Origin: Hypanus sabinus
Taxonomy: Eukaryota
Assembly: GCF_030144855.1 (NCBI RefSeq)
Contig: NC_082738.1
Span: 13,702,001 to 13,766,000, forward strand
Direction: 5' to 3'
Length of the DNA stretch: 64,000 nucleotides
The translations under genes were made by a program, and so were the position numbers. The notes below the pieces were generated by a model. The model had not been told where the DNA came from and made no database searches. It saw only the letters and a list, made by a program, of their open reading frames with translations. The first letter of the stretch is position 1. The number at the start of each line of letters is the position of its first letter. Shown piece by piece: positions 47,328-59,565 of this stretch.

Positions 47328-48116
47328 GCTGCAGCCACTTGATTTTGCATACAGTGTGTTTTGGTTTGTCTTGTTATCTGGGGTGCACTGTATTTGAGCC
47401 GAAAATAAAATGTGTTTTGATTTCCCGTCATAGAGATGAGGAAAAACCTCTTGACTGTTCTCTCCTCTCAATGACTGTTTATTGTGCATGCAAGACTTCG
47501 ACTGTTCAACTTGACAGTCATCAGTGGTTATATCCATTTGCAAAGTCCACTGGTTGTGATGCAAGATGTGTAAGCTTCAATGCGCATAAGTGAGTATTTA
47601 AATTTGTGCCCTCTCTTGCCTGTCTGCACACTGTGCCTGCCCAATCCCACGCCCCTGACCAACTCCCATGCAAGCCTTTGACTATTTAAATAATTTATAA
47701 CAAAAATCACCATTATCCAATGCAACAGGTCAATATTTCACACAACTGCTGTGGGAAATGATGGTTCTTGAATGTTTTTTAAAAATGAAAAATCTTTAAC
47801 TGAATGAAGACAAAGAGTGCCAATATAACATCCTGCTTGTACAGATTCTTTGAGAGTGAAGACAAGTACTTCAGATTGTATACTGTATACATTATCTGAA
47901 CATAAAAGGAACCATTTGAGATTAAAACTCAGAACTTTCTTGTGTTGGGTGTTCTTGTCCCTTGAGTCATAGAGAGGAGAGAACCAAAGACAAGCTTCCT
48001 TCATCTGTGTAAAAGGAGGAAAACAAAATGCGTATTTTATTTTTGGTATGAATACAGTACACTCCAGCTGATGAGCCAAACCAGACCTTTTGTATGCAAA
48101 ACCAAGTGGTTACAGC
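47328..48116. repeat. Old fold-back element with inverted arms of about 150 bp (47328-47476 and 47965-48116)
   Basis: Reverse complement of the right arm matches the left arm in collinear blocks (ccacttg-ttttgcataca, ctgtatt, aaaataaaat, gttctctcctctc-atgact). Confidence 0.75.
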
Positions 48117-48138
48117 AAGATTTTGTCTTGTTTTTCTT

Positions 48139-48460
48139 CAAAGATTAAGATTAGCTTTATTTGTCACATGTACATAAAAACAACAATGAAATGTGTCATT
48201 TGCATGAATAACTAACACAGTCCAAGGAAATGCTGGGGGCAGTCCTCAAGTATGGTCCTGCTTCCAGTGCCAACATAGCATACCCACATCTTGCTAACTC
48301 TAACATATGTCTTTGGAATGTGGGGGGAAACTGGAGTTCTCGAAGGAATTCTAAGTGGTCAAGGGGAGAACATTTAAACTTCTTACATACAGCAACAAGG
48401 ACTTGAAGCCCATTTGCTGACTCTGTAAGTGTTATGTTAACTGCTATACTACTGTGCTCA
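48139..48460 (-). mobile_element. SINE, antisense, degraded
   Basis: aagattaagattagctttatt tail; tatgtctttggaatgtggg core shared with other SINEs in the window. Confidence 0.6.
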
Positions 48461-49327
48461 CTTGTTCCAGTAATTTCTTTTGAAGTTACAAATGCAATAG
48501 GTGATGATTACCATTACCATACAAACCAGTGATAAGAAACCTATGATAACTTAAATTTATAATTGGGCAAGAATTCAGAGCACTCAAACTTGAGTTGAGA
48601 AGCAAATTCAAAGCAACAAAGGCAATCTGAGGAAACACTTCTCTGCAATGCCTGCAATGTGTTGTTTTGGTGGGGTGGCAAAGGCAGATGTGTGGCTTTC
48701 TGAAGGGAAATGAATCAATGCTTGGGGTAATAAGAATTGCAGGACCTCGGGGGGGAGGGGGGAAGTCATGGACAAAGGACAAGCTGTGTTTGTCATGTGA
48801 AGGGCCAAATGCCCTTATGTAGGGACTGCTTATTCAATAGTGCATATCTGCCTTTTCCTCTTTAACAATAAAAATTGGTGACAATTGTTGAATGTTACCA
48901 TTCTTCATGGATGTTGTAACTTTATATTCATTCCTCCCTGCTCCCTAAAGAAAATTGCCCTCTGTATCTTTAAAACTTAAATCGTCCATTTCCTTATGTT
49001 ATTTTGATCTTGCACTCATTGGCTGTGTTGTTGGTCTTTTGTGTTTTAAAATAAATAAATAAAATAAAATGAATAGTCCTCCAATAGATCAGGCCCCTTC
49101 TCCTTCCCCACCCAGTCTGAAAAGAGCAAGAAGAGAGTGAAATATTCTTTGGGTGGATGTAGGGGGAAAATGTTCTCTCCAAACCAATCCAGAAAGATGA
49201 CATTGAACCCCCTCCATCCCCACTCCATGGTTCTTGAAATTCAACATCAATCAGGCCAAACTGGCACAATACCATTTGCCTTAAGAGATAGGTTTCACTA
49301 CATTGGATCAATAGTGTGAAGCTCAGA

Positions 49328-50226
49328 TCAGAATTTGAATCAGGTTTATTATCACTGGCATGTGACGTGAAATTTGTTAATTTAGCAGCAGCAGTTGAAT
49401 GCAACACATAATCTAGCAGAGGGGAAAATAATTAATAGTAGATAAAATAAAATAATAAATAAACAAGTAAGTCAATTACGTATGTTAAATAGATTTTAAA
49501 AAGTGCAAAAACAGAAATATTGTATATTTTTTTTAAAAAGTGAGATAATGTCCAAAGCTTCAATGCCCATTTAGGAATCGGATGGCAGAGGGGAAGAAAC
49601 TGTTCCTGAATCATGAGTGTGTGCCTTCAGGCTTCTGTACCTCCTACCTGATGGTAACAGTGAGAAAAGGGCATGCCCTGGGTGCTGGAGGTCCTTAATA
49701 ATGGACGCTGCCTTTCTGAGACACCGCTCCCTAAAGATGTCCTGGGTACTTTGTAGGCTAGTACCCAAGATGGAGCTGACTAGATTTACAACCCTCTGCA
49801 GCTTCTTTCGGTCCTGTGCAGTAGTGCCCCCCCCCCCCCCCCACCACCACCATACAAGACAGTGATGCAGCCCGTCAGAATGCTCTCCACGGTACATCTA
49901 TAGAAGTTTTTGAGTGTATTTGTTGACATACCAAATCTCTTCAAACTCCTAATGAAGCATAGTCACTGTCTTGCCTTCTTTATAACTACATTGTTATGTT
50001 GGGACCAGGTTAGATCCTCATAGATCTTGACACCCAAGAACTTGAAGCTGCTCACTCTCTCCACTTCTGATTCCTCTGAGGATTGGTATGTTTTCCTTCG
50101 TCTTACCTTTCCTGAAGTCCACAATCAGCTCTTTTGTCTTACTGACATTGAGTGCCAGGTTGTTACTGCGGCACTACTCCACTAGTTGACATATCTCACT
50201 CCTGTTCGCCCTCTCGTCACCACCTG
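49328..50226 (-). mobile_element. Rex1/Babar LINE, 5'-truncated, young
   Basis: RKKLQRVV...HPGHALFSLLPSGRRYRSLKAH; tail (gattct)n. Confidence 0.9.
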
Positions 50227-50599
50227 CGTAACCAGATATCTTGGGCTCTTCTGCAATCCTAATCAATTAATCTAGCCTGAAATTCCAGGGGAAGAATTTT
50301 GTAGTCAGCTGCTTAAATGACGTCTAATTCCCTCAATCTCAATGGACCCTTGAGAATGTGACCTTTTGGTTTTAAAGCCAGAGGGTTTAGAATAAATGCA
50401 AAGAGCTTGATATTTGTCAGCCTTTTTGGTTCTTCTCTGTGTGCTCTATGGCTGCAAATCCTTGGAAATATGTTCCTTGTTCAAACAATGTGCTGGCTCT
50501 GCAGCAAGCACTTGCCATTTGCACTTTGCTCCTGCAGTTCAGGAAGCAAAAGTGCTGAGAGAAATTGAGCAGCCTGGATTGACACCTGGTAATGGCAGC

Positions 50600-52860
50600 T
50601 CCTTTCCATGGCCTCTGGTTTCTTGGTCTATGGACCCAGTGCAGGCCACCTCTGCCTTCTCCCCAAGGTCCACACTGCCATGATAGATTTATTGTTCAGC
50701 TTGTTCTCTAGCACCCTTAGCTCATTCTTCCAATCCTTGCTGTACCCACATACCCAAAGCTCTCCCCTGCTACTTGTAAGATGTGCACTGTTCTATGTCA
50801 CTCTAATCTTCTTTTCACATACAGTAGATGTCCAATCTCTGTATATTCTCCAGGACTGCCCCCTACTAACTGAACAGGGGGCCCAACTGGCCTCACCTGC
50901 CACTAGCTGCCTGCACTTGTTTTCATTTGAGCAACTTCTTTTTCTGCTCTCACACCATCCACTTAAAGGTCTTTCTCTGGGGTCCTCTGCAGATACTGGC
51001 TCTTTTTTCCCCAGTCTTGCTTAGTTCCATCCCTTACTATTTTTCCCCAATACATTGAGCATATTGTTGCCATTTCCTGCCATGACCCAAAATAGCGAAT
51101 TTGACAACACTCCTTCCAAGTTCTACCACTCACCTATTGCTCCATCTCAGATTCTTACTTTATTTCCTTTGTCATTTCTGGGAACAGGAATATTATTGAG
51201 CAATATCGATTGTAAACATACCAACTCCTACAGTGATCTTGGCTGCACTTCATCCAGTCTTTTAGGTTATCAATCTCTGGAAGTTGTGTTCTGACAATGT
51301 CACTGTCCCTAGCAGTGCTTCTGTTAGACCTTTTCTCTCAGTGGCGATTTGCCATCCATCGTAGTTGATAGGACATCAACAGTCTATTCCTTTCATCACT
51401 TTTATTCTCAGTCTTACCCTGCCCTTCCAAAGGAACTTAAGGTTGTCTTTTATTTGCCTTCAATAGCACTAACCTCCACATACTACCACCATTAAACATG
51501 TCATGCCCTTCTCAGTCTTTACAGCATTCCGAGGGGTTGATTCTGTCAATGATATTCTAGTTCTGAATCTCCATTAATATTTCTAGTATATTTATTATCA
51601 AAGAATGTATAAATGATATAACCTTGAGATTTGCTTGCTCATGGGTAGCCACAAAGTAAGAAACCTGAAAGAACCCAGTTAAAGAAAAAAACATAAAAAT
51701 GAAGACCAGCACTGAATGCACAAGAGAAAGAATGCATAAAAATACAAATCATGCAAACAATTGAAGCGAACAACAGTATTCCGAACCAAAAATAAGTCCT
51801 CAAGTCAGTCCACAGATTCGGAACCCCAGAGCATCCTGTAGTAGGCCCAAAACCTTGCTTATCAGTTCATCATATTAGCAGGCATGAAGCACAGCAGCCA
51901 GGCAGTCTTCATAGCCTCAGCACCATGAAGGTGACCATCGCGGACACAGAATGAAATTGGCTCTTGTCCCAACGGATACCCTGTCTTTTCTATCTGGGCC
52001 GATGTTTAAATTGACCCAACAACAGAACAGCAAAAGGCTCTGCATCCTGGAAAGTGGATCACGGAGAGTGGGCAAAATTAGCTCTCCCCTATGATCTGAG
52101 CTGGTGTTTAAGCTGTCCACATTGTACCTTGCACTAGGACCCAGGGACCGCTGCTGAGAAAAGCTCCGGTGTGCTAGACCACACTGCCCCACAGCTTGTT
52201 CTGGATTTTGTTGCCTAGCCTGAAGCTACTTTCAAGCTCTTCAAATCAGCTTGGTGCCCAGAGCGATCCAAACATGCGCCCGGGCCAGTTGTACGGGCGT
52301 TGGAACTCCATTGCATCGATTCATACCCTGAACTATCCTTGCCATCGTTTGCCCCTTTACTGTCTACATCAATAATTTAACACAATTTACCTCAGGAAAG
52401 GTATTTTTTGTACGTTTTTAGTTGGATTTCTTGGCTCTTTGACTACCAGGAAGCTGTTGCACACATTTAGTAGTGCCATCTTAACTGGAAGTCCACTCAT
52501 GGTACCTTCCTGTGCCAGATGTGCTCTTGCCCTTTTGTTTCTCCCTTTTCCAGTCCAGTTCTCCACTTTGTAGGTGAAGCAGAGCTTTCAATTTAGTGCT
52601 GTGTTCACTACTAATGATGTGAACATCTCTACATTGTGCAGACAAATATAGATTGCACGACCTCTTTACAGTTTGGTTTGTGAGGATGATTTCAAGCTGT
52701 CAGTTTCCTGTTGCTTTAATTCTCTGTCCCATTTTCACTCTGTCCTTGACCACCTCTGCTGTTTCAATGAAGCTCAATGCAATCTTGAGGAACAGCACTA
52801 CATCTGATTAAACACATGCAGTCTTCTGGGCTTGACATAGAGTTCAGCAATTTCAAATAC
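50600..52860 (+). mobile_element. Ancient Penelope-like retroelement relic (RT plus GIY-YIG), interrupted by an insertion
   Basis: CKHTNSYSDLGCTSS (about 51210, resembles YKPTDSHSYLDYTSSHP); LYIVQT (about 52627, resembles LYIGET); NEAQCNLEEQH...GLDIEFSNF (52766-52858). Confidence 0.65.
51580..52494 (-). mobile_element. Non-autonomous retroposon with a ggacttccagttaagatggc head and LINE-type tail
   Basis: Head at 52494 and tail ttgataataaatatactagaa at about 51580; splits the Penelope relic. Confidence 0.6.
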
Positions 52861-53440
52861 CGATTCTACCATTCACACTTGAATCTCCTTAGATCATATT
52901 TTGTTTCTTATTTCCATCTCCCTTTACCTTGTTCTGTCATCCCTTCTACCATTTAATCATTTCTACTATTTGACATCACATTTTCAGCATTTGCAAAATT
53001 GTCAATATTTTTACAATGTGATAACTTGCGTGTATATCTACCTGAGAAATCAGTTGGGGCTTTGTTTCAACATCTCTGAAAGGCATTGCAGTACTTGGGT
53101 TCTGGAATATCTGGGACTTGAAACAACAGCCTCTGGTTCTGAGCCAAGAGCACAACCCACTGATCCACAGCTAACATGAGGACAGAACTAAGAGCTGGTG
53201 TTGAAAGCATTGAATGCAATCCTGTACAGCAAGGAAGTGCTTTTTGATTAATGAAATTTGTAATTTTTTTTTTGTTAGGGTGTTTGTCACCAGCAAGGCC
53301 GACATTTATTGCCTATTCTTATTTGCCCTTGAAGTCGATCGTGAGCCGCCTTCTTCAATAGTTAGTCCTTCTGGCAAAGGTACTCCTAAAGTGCTGTTGG
53401 GGAGGGAGTCCCAGGATTCAGATCCAGGGATGATGATGTA

Positions 53441-54343
53441 CAGTGGGTTCCAGTTAATTGGGGCACATAAAGACTAGTACATTTTGGTTCAAGTAAGCTG
53501 CTGCCCCAATTAACCAAAGTTTCATCGAAGTAATTAAAAAGATATTTAAAAAAAGGACAAGCTGCTATTTAACTAAGTAACAAATTGTGTACTTAAATGA
53601 AGTAAAGAACAAATTGGAACAGTATAAGTATTACTACAGTACTATAAAACTTTTAGTTCCTAATACTTATCGACATAAGAATTCATCCATTGTATGCGGC
53701 CATGTTCTTTTGATTAACTGTAAATGAACAAAGTCAGCACAGGCACCTAATGCTGATAATAGACTGCTTTCATTGCCTTTCAGCATGAAGTAATGTTGTA
53801 ATCCAGGAATGTCATAAAGGATCCCACACACCCTGCTCCTGGACTATTTGTCACACTCATGTCAGAGAGGAGGGTACATAGTATCCTGGATCCAAAGTAA
53901 CAAGTATTTTGTTCTCCTTACACCTGTGTACTGCAAATGACATTAAGCAATCTTGAATCTTGAGATTTCCTGGCAGAAAATTATCAAAAGTCACATTCGC
54001 TTGTGTTATCCATTAGGGTTGAAAGATGCTGATTTATTATTTTTTCAAAAGGTAGTGACTTTTGATCATTTTCTGCCAGGAAATTTCAAGATTTTTTAAT
54101 GTCATTTGTTTTAAAAACTGTTTGCTTTAAGCACAGTGTAGTGTCTAATGGCCACACAAGTGTACATGACTGATGGTAGTTAGAAACTGTTCAGCAACAA
54201 TCTCCTGTCCCAATTAAGCAGCGTAGTGTCCCAAATAAATGCAGAGAATCCGGCTATTTTCTCAATTAGCTTTAATTCTTTAAGAGTTGTCTCAAATAAG
54301 CGGCTGCCCCAATTAACTAATGGCCCAATTAAACAATTCAGTG
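53441..54343. mobile_element. Second pogo/Tigger-like non-autonomous element, inserted in an old LINE
   Basis: TA|cagtgggttccagttaattggggcacat; internal homology to 4411-5588; degenerate right TIR. Confidence 0.8.
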
Positions 54344-55927
54344 TGCTTCCAATCAGGATGCTGTCAGACCTGGTGGTGGAGTCCCGTGTCCTGCTGCTAC
54401 CATCCCTCTTGGTGGTAGCAGCAATGTGTTTGGTAGATACAGTCAAAGTAGTCTAGGTGCGTACCAACAATGCACTTTTGTATATGATCACACTGCATAA
54501 TTGGTGGAAGACCTGCTTGTTAAGCAGGCTGCTTGGGCCTGGCTGGTGTTAAGTTTAACTATTGGAGCGACACTCATAAAACAAGTATTCTGTCACACCT
54601 GACATGCACCTTGTGAGAATGTCTTTTGGCATCAGGAGGAGAGTTACTCACCATGGGATACTCATCCTGGTCTTGTATGGAATTTGAGTCTTGTCCTGTT
54701 GAACATTACAAGGGGTCTATTATGCAGTAAGTATTTTTTTCCTCTTTAAGTTTGGGTGTTATGTGGAATTGGTTAGGGTTAGGGTTCAGTTAACCCATGA
54801 TTGGTAACAATGAATATAACCTATTGCTCTAATTGAAACTGTTAAATATCATTTTTCGATAAGGATTCTAAAAGATGTTACATTCAATCTCTGGATGAAA
54901 GTTTGCTTTTTAAAAAAGGCTGGCAAACAATGGAGCACTGCATTCAGGTGAAGGCACAACTATACCTCTTCTACCCTTCGAAGCTGTCCAGTCCTTTCAT
55001 TTAAAATACATTCGGATAAGGAATTCAAAACAAGATGACTACTGTTAAGCTTGGAACTAGGGCATTTGGGAATGGAGCCAGGATGCAATTCTCCACTGAA
55101 TGGGTAGTGGAAATCTGGAACTGGTTTCTCCTTCCTGTCCACCAATAGAAGTTGTTCAAACTAGAGGTTGATTGAAAGTTTCCAGAACCATTGATATAAC
55201 TTTATACCAGATAAGACCACTGAAAGTTGCATAATCATGGATGGTGTCAAATTAGCCATGGTAGAACAAACCTGAGGGGCTGAATGGCCTCCTGTTTTGA
55301 GGGATGTAAACATGCAGTTCCCCTTGGGACTGGAGCCAGAAAAATGTCTCGAGCCATGTCAAGGAGAGCTATTATACAGAGAGACCTTTCTGTCCATTGT
55401 CGTGACAACAAGAAAAAGCTCTGAAATGAAGCAAGCTGTTTCAGTACGAATGTTCATATATAAGGCACACTCACCTTATTCTTTGTATAAATATAAATTT
55501 GCTCATCTCTGTCAGGAATATTGTACTGTGCAAGAGGCAAGGTTTGTTGAAGTATGAGGGTGTCTTGATTATCAACAGAAATAAGTGGCTCTTCACTTGA
55601 TGCAAAGTATGCAAGTAGGTCTGGCATTTTCTGTTGCTAGCAAGCTTTGTTATAATGAACTGTCTTCATTCTTTCATTTAAACTCCTTTTGTACTTGATG
55701 CACATATTTGCTTGGTGGTTGGCCATGATGTCAGAAATATGGTAGAAGAATTGATGGTTCCTGATTAGTTGTGTTTAAAAGATGTTAATTTATCTTAAAA
55801 AAAAAATCTTGCATATGCTTCTGAACAGGGAAGTCCTGAGCTCCACCACAGTGATTTTTGGATTTGGGATTACCTAGTTTGAGTTAAAACTAGAAGTGGC
55901 TGATGCTTGCAGCTTAGTGATGGTTCT

Positions 55928-56835
55928 TGATGACTCAAAAGTTGGGGGTGTTGTGGATAGTGTGGAGGGCTGTCAGAGGTTACAACGGGACATTGATAGG
56001 ATGCGAAACTGGGCTGAGTAATGGCAGATGGAGTTCAACTCAGATACGTGTGAAGTGGTTCATTTTGGTAGGTCAAATATGATGGCAGAATATAGTATTA
56101 ATGGTAAGACTCTTGGCAGTGTGGAGGATCAGAGGAATCTTGGGGTCCGAGTCCATAGGACACTCAAAGCTGCTGTGCAGGTTGACTGAGGTTAAGAAGG
56201 CATATAGTGCATTGGCTGCCATCAACCATGGGATTGAGTTTAGGAGCCAAGAGGTAATGTTGTGACTATATAGGACCCTGGTGAGACCCCACTTGGAGTA
56301 CTGTGCTCAGTTCTGGTCACCTCACTATAGGAAGGACATAGAAACCATACAAAAGGTGTAGAGGAGATTTACAAGGATGTTGCCTGGATTGGGGAGCATG
56401 CCTTATGAGAATAGGTTGAGTGAACTCAGCCTTTTCTCCTTGGAGTGACGGAGGATGAGAGGTGACCTGATAGAGATGTAGAAGAAGATGAGAGGCATTG
56501 ATCGTGTGGATACTCAGAGGCTTTTTCCCAGAGCCGAAGTGGCTAGCATGAGAGGGCACAATTTTAAGATGCTAGGGAATAGGTACAGAGGAGATATCAG
56601 GGTTAAGTTTTTTACTCAGAGAGTGGTGAGTGCGTGGAATGGGCTGCCGGTGACGGTGGTGGAGGCAGATACAATAGGGTCTTTTAACAGACTCCTGGAC
56701 AGGTACATGGAGCTGAGAAAAATAGAAAGCTATGGGTAAGCCTAGGTAATTTCTAAGGTAAGGACATGTTCGGCACAGCTTTGTGGGCCAAAGGGCCTGT
56801 ATTGTGCTGTAGGTTTTCTGTGTTGCTATGTTTCT
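55928..56835 (+). mobile_element. CR1 LINE 3' fragment
   Basis: DDSKVGG...WQMEFN...[13 protein letters not shown]...RGHNFK...FFTQRVV with stops; CR1 tail. Confidence 0.92.
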
Positions 56836-58028
56836 TCCTGGTACTCCTGATGCCACTGCCACTGGCTATAAAAGTATCGGGCACAGATGACTCCCCAGTT
56901 AAATGATGGCATTTGGTGAATAGTTACTAAAAGTATACAATGATGCATAGAGCAATGCCTGCACAGAATTCCCTCTTTTTTTTTACCCAATGATAGCTTT
57001 CTCATTTAAACTTTAATATTGCTTCACTATGTTGAACCTTTATTGCCAATCAATGTTTAGCTCTTTTTAACAAGGTGTTTTTTAAATCTAGGATTGAAAA
57101 TTGCTTAGTAACCAATGAAATGATGCCTGAATTTGTATCATCTCTTGTCTTGTTGGGACTCGAGCACATGTTACTCAATGTGGCATGAATTTTTATTACA
57201 CTGTGACAACCATCTCATCGGGTCTTGATGTTCGCACTCAGTGATACTTAAATTTTTTTATGGTGCTGCAGTTGTATTTTATCTGCCTTCTCCCTGCTTA
57301 TGATGGGCTGGTTTTTGATGCAACACTGGCAAGACTCTCTTTTAAATGAACTTAAATTTGAGGAGACGATTGCTGTGTACAGCAGGGTTGGAAACCAAAG
57401 TGATCTGTTACACACTCTGAATTGATTGATCCTTTGTCAAAACTAACATACAGATGTGCATCCCCTCTCAATCTGTTGCATGTGCCTTAATTTAGCATCA
57501 TGATAACTAGTAGATAGTTCATTTGTTACTGAGCAATTAGTCAAATTATGCACCAACTTATTCTATCTGTCACCACCAAATTGTAATGGGTGCACTTTAC
57601 ATTGTTATTTATGATCCCCATAAGTTCCCTGTAATGAGTTGTACTATTTATAGGAAGTGCCTGTACTTTGTTATGGAGCATTGTACTTAACATAATTAGC
57701 TTGACCACTGCAAGTCCTGTTACTGCTGGTGCACACTGCCTCTGGTGCAATGAAGGTAGCCCAATTACCCAAGGTGTTTCTCTTGGAGTTCTTGGTAGTG
57801 GAGTTCAGAGTATCTGAACCATACTGGATTCAGTGATATGGGTTTTAGCAGGTCTTATGGCATAACCAAGAGCAAATAAGTGTTTTACTGAGTCTTTATG
57901 ACATGCAGCAAACTGAAATGCAGCAGACTCTTGGGGGAAAAGCAGTTTTCTGCTAAGTATTAGGAAGAGTAGAGTTGCACCATGGGCACTAAAATATGAG
58001 AAATGTTACTTGTTCTGTGGCTCCAAGG

Positions 58029-58096
58029 CAAGGGTGTTCACAGACCCCTTGGTTAATGGTAGAGGTCCATGGCATAATAAAGGTTGAGAACCTCTG
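58029..58096. mobile_element. 68-bp hAT (Charlie-type) mini-element
   Basis: Perfect 8-bp TSD ctccaagg (58021-58028 and 58097-58104); right end aaaggttgagaacctctg. Confidence 0.8.
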
Positions 58097-59007
58097 CTCC
58101 AAGGGAAGCTGAAATTATGACTCTCAAATTAGTATCCACGCTGGCATAGGTCAAGTAAATAGGAAACTTAATTTATTTTGTATTAATAGCAACATACAAA
58201 TGATCTTCGAACTTGAGCTCAGCTGGTAAAATAACTCGGTGAGGAGTGTTTTCAGTTTGTTTTTTGGAGGGCTGCAGAAATGGAAGAAGGGGAAGAAAGT
58301 TTTCTGGAAGGGCTGACTCCAGGTGTTGTTGGGTTACAGGTGATCCCAGTTGCCTAAGGCTGGAATTTAACATGTAAGCTGTTAAATATATTCTATGCTT
58401 TGGGATCAAAGTGAGCACTGTGAATAAGATTGGATGAAAGCATGAAATGTAATATTTTGCAGAGCAGTGAAGTGAGACAGAATGGACTGCTTTTCCAGAC
58501 ATGAGCAGAGTGGGTGAATGATTTACTTTTGCAGTGAATATGGAATTTCTTCCTTCTGACCAAACCATTCCTTGTCCTGCTGCAGAGATTTCTTGGGTTC
58601 TTGACATCCTTGACCTTGAACTTTGGACTGACACATTGCCATGTCTGTCTGTGGTTGACATTTGGGTTTGCTCAAATGGTTGCACCATCAGCTTCTGTTA
58701 CAAGTCTGATTCCTGAATCAGTGTGATCCCATCTAGTGCAGTTCTGTCTCTATTGTGGGCTAGACTCGTGTCAGGAATCTACCCAGTGGTCTATGGGTTT
58801 TAAACGAGCCACCACAACTGAAAAGAGAAACTTTCTATTTATGGTGGAGTGGGAGGTTTACAGAAACAGCAACATGCTCACAGGGAGTATAATGAAGGGA
58901 TCAGCACTTGACTAATGGGTAAGCTTGGGGTTGATATTTAAATTCGTTGCTGGACCTGCTTTGAGCCGTGCTCGATATCTAGACGGTAGCCCTCTTTTGG
59001 TCTGCCA

Positions 59008-59565
59008 GTCAAGTTTATTGTTATATACACAGGTGCAATCAAAAGCTTGCTTGCAGCAACATCGCAGTATGTAGCATCAGATGCATAGCATTCAGGAGGA
59101 CAACATTAATCATAAATTAAACACCATTTTACAATAAAACACAATTAAAATGAAAATGTCCATTTTAGTGAAAGGTGATCATACTGTTGCTAAACTGTAG
59201 TGATTAGGATTTTGCTGGATGGTTCAAGAACCAAATAGTTGAAGAGAAGTAGCTGTTTCTGAACCTGGTGGTGTGGGACTTCTATACATCCTGCCTAACG
59301 GTAGCAGCGAGTAGATTGCAGACTCATATGGTAGGTGTTCACTCCTTGTGGCATTATCTCCTGTAGATACTACGGAGGGTGAGGAAACATGTGCCCATGA
59401 TTTATTAGGGAGTCCATTACTCTCTGCAACTTGCATTCCTGTGCATTTGAGCTGCCATACTAGATCATGATACAACCAGTCAAAAGACTTTCAACAGTGC
59501 ATTTGTAGAAATTTGAATGTTTGATGACAAGCTGAACTTGCTTAACCTCCCAAGAAAGTGTGTAA
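59008..59565 (-). mobile_element. Old Rex1/Babar LINE 3' fragment
   Basis: caagtttattg tail; gtagctgtttctgaacctggtgg and LPLGRMYRS motifs. Confidence 0.7.

Noticed and set aside
58173-58688. 171-aa single-exon minus-strand gene
   Set aside because: No recognisable homology as a whole; considered only as part of the tentative pseudogene, where the suggestive motif is in a different frame.
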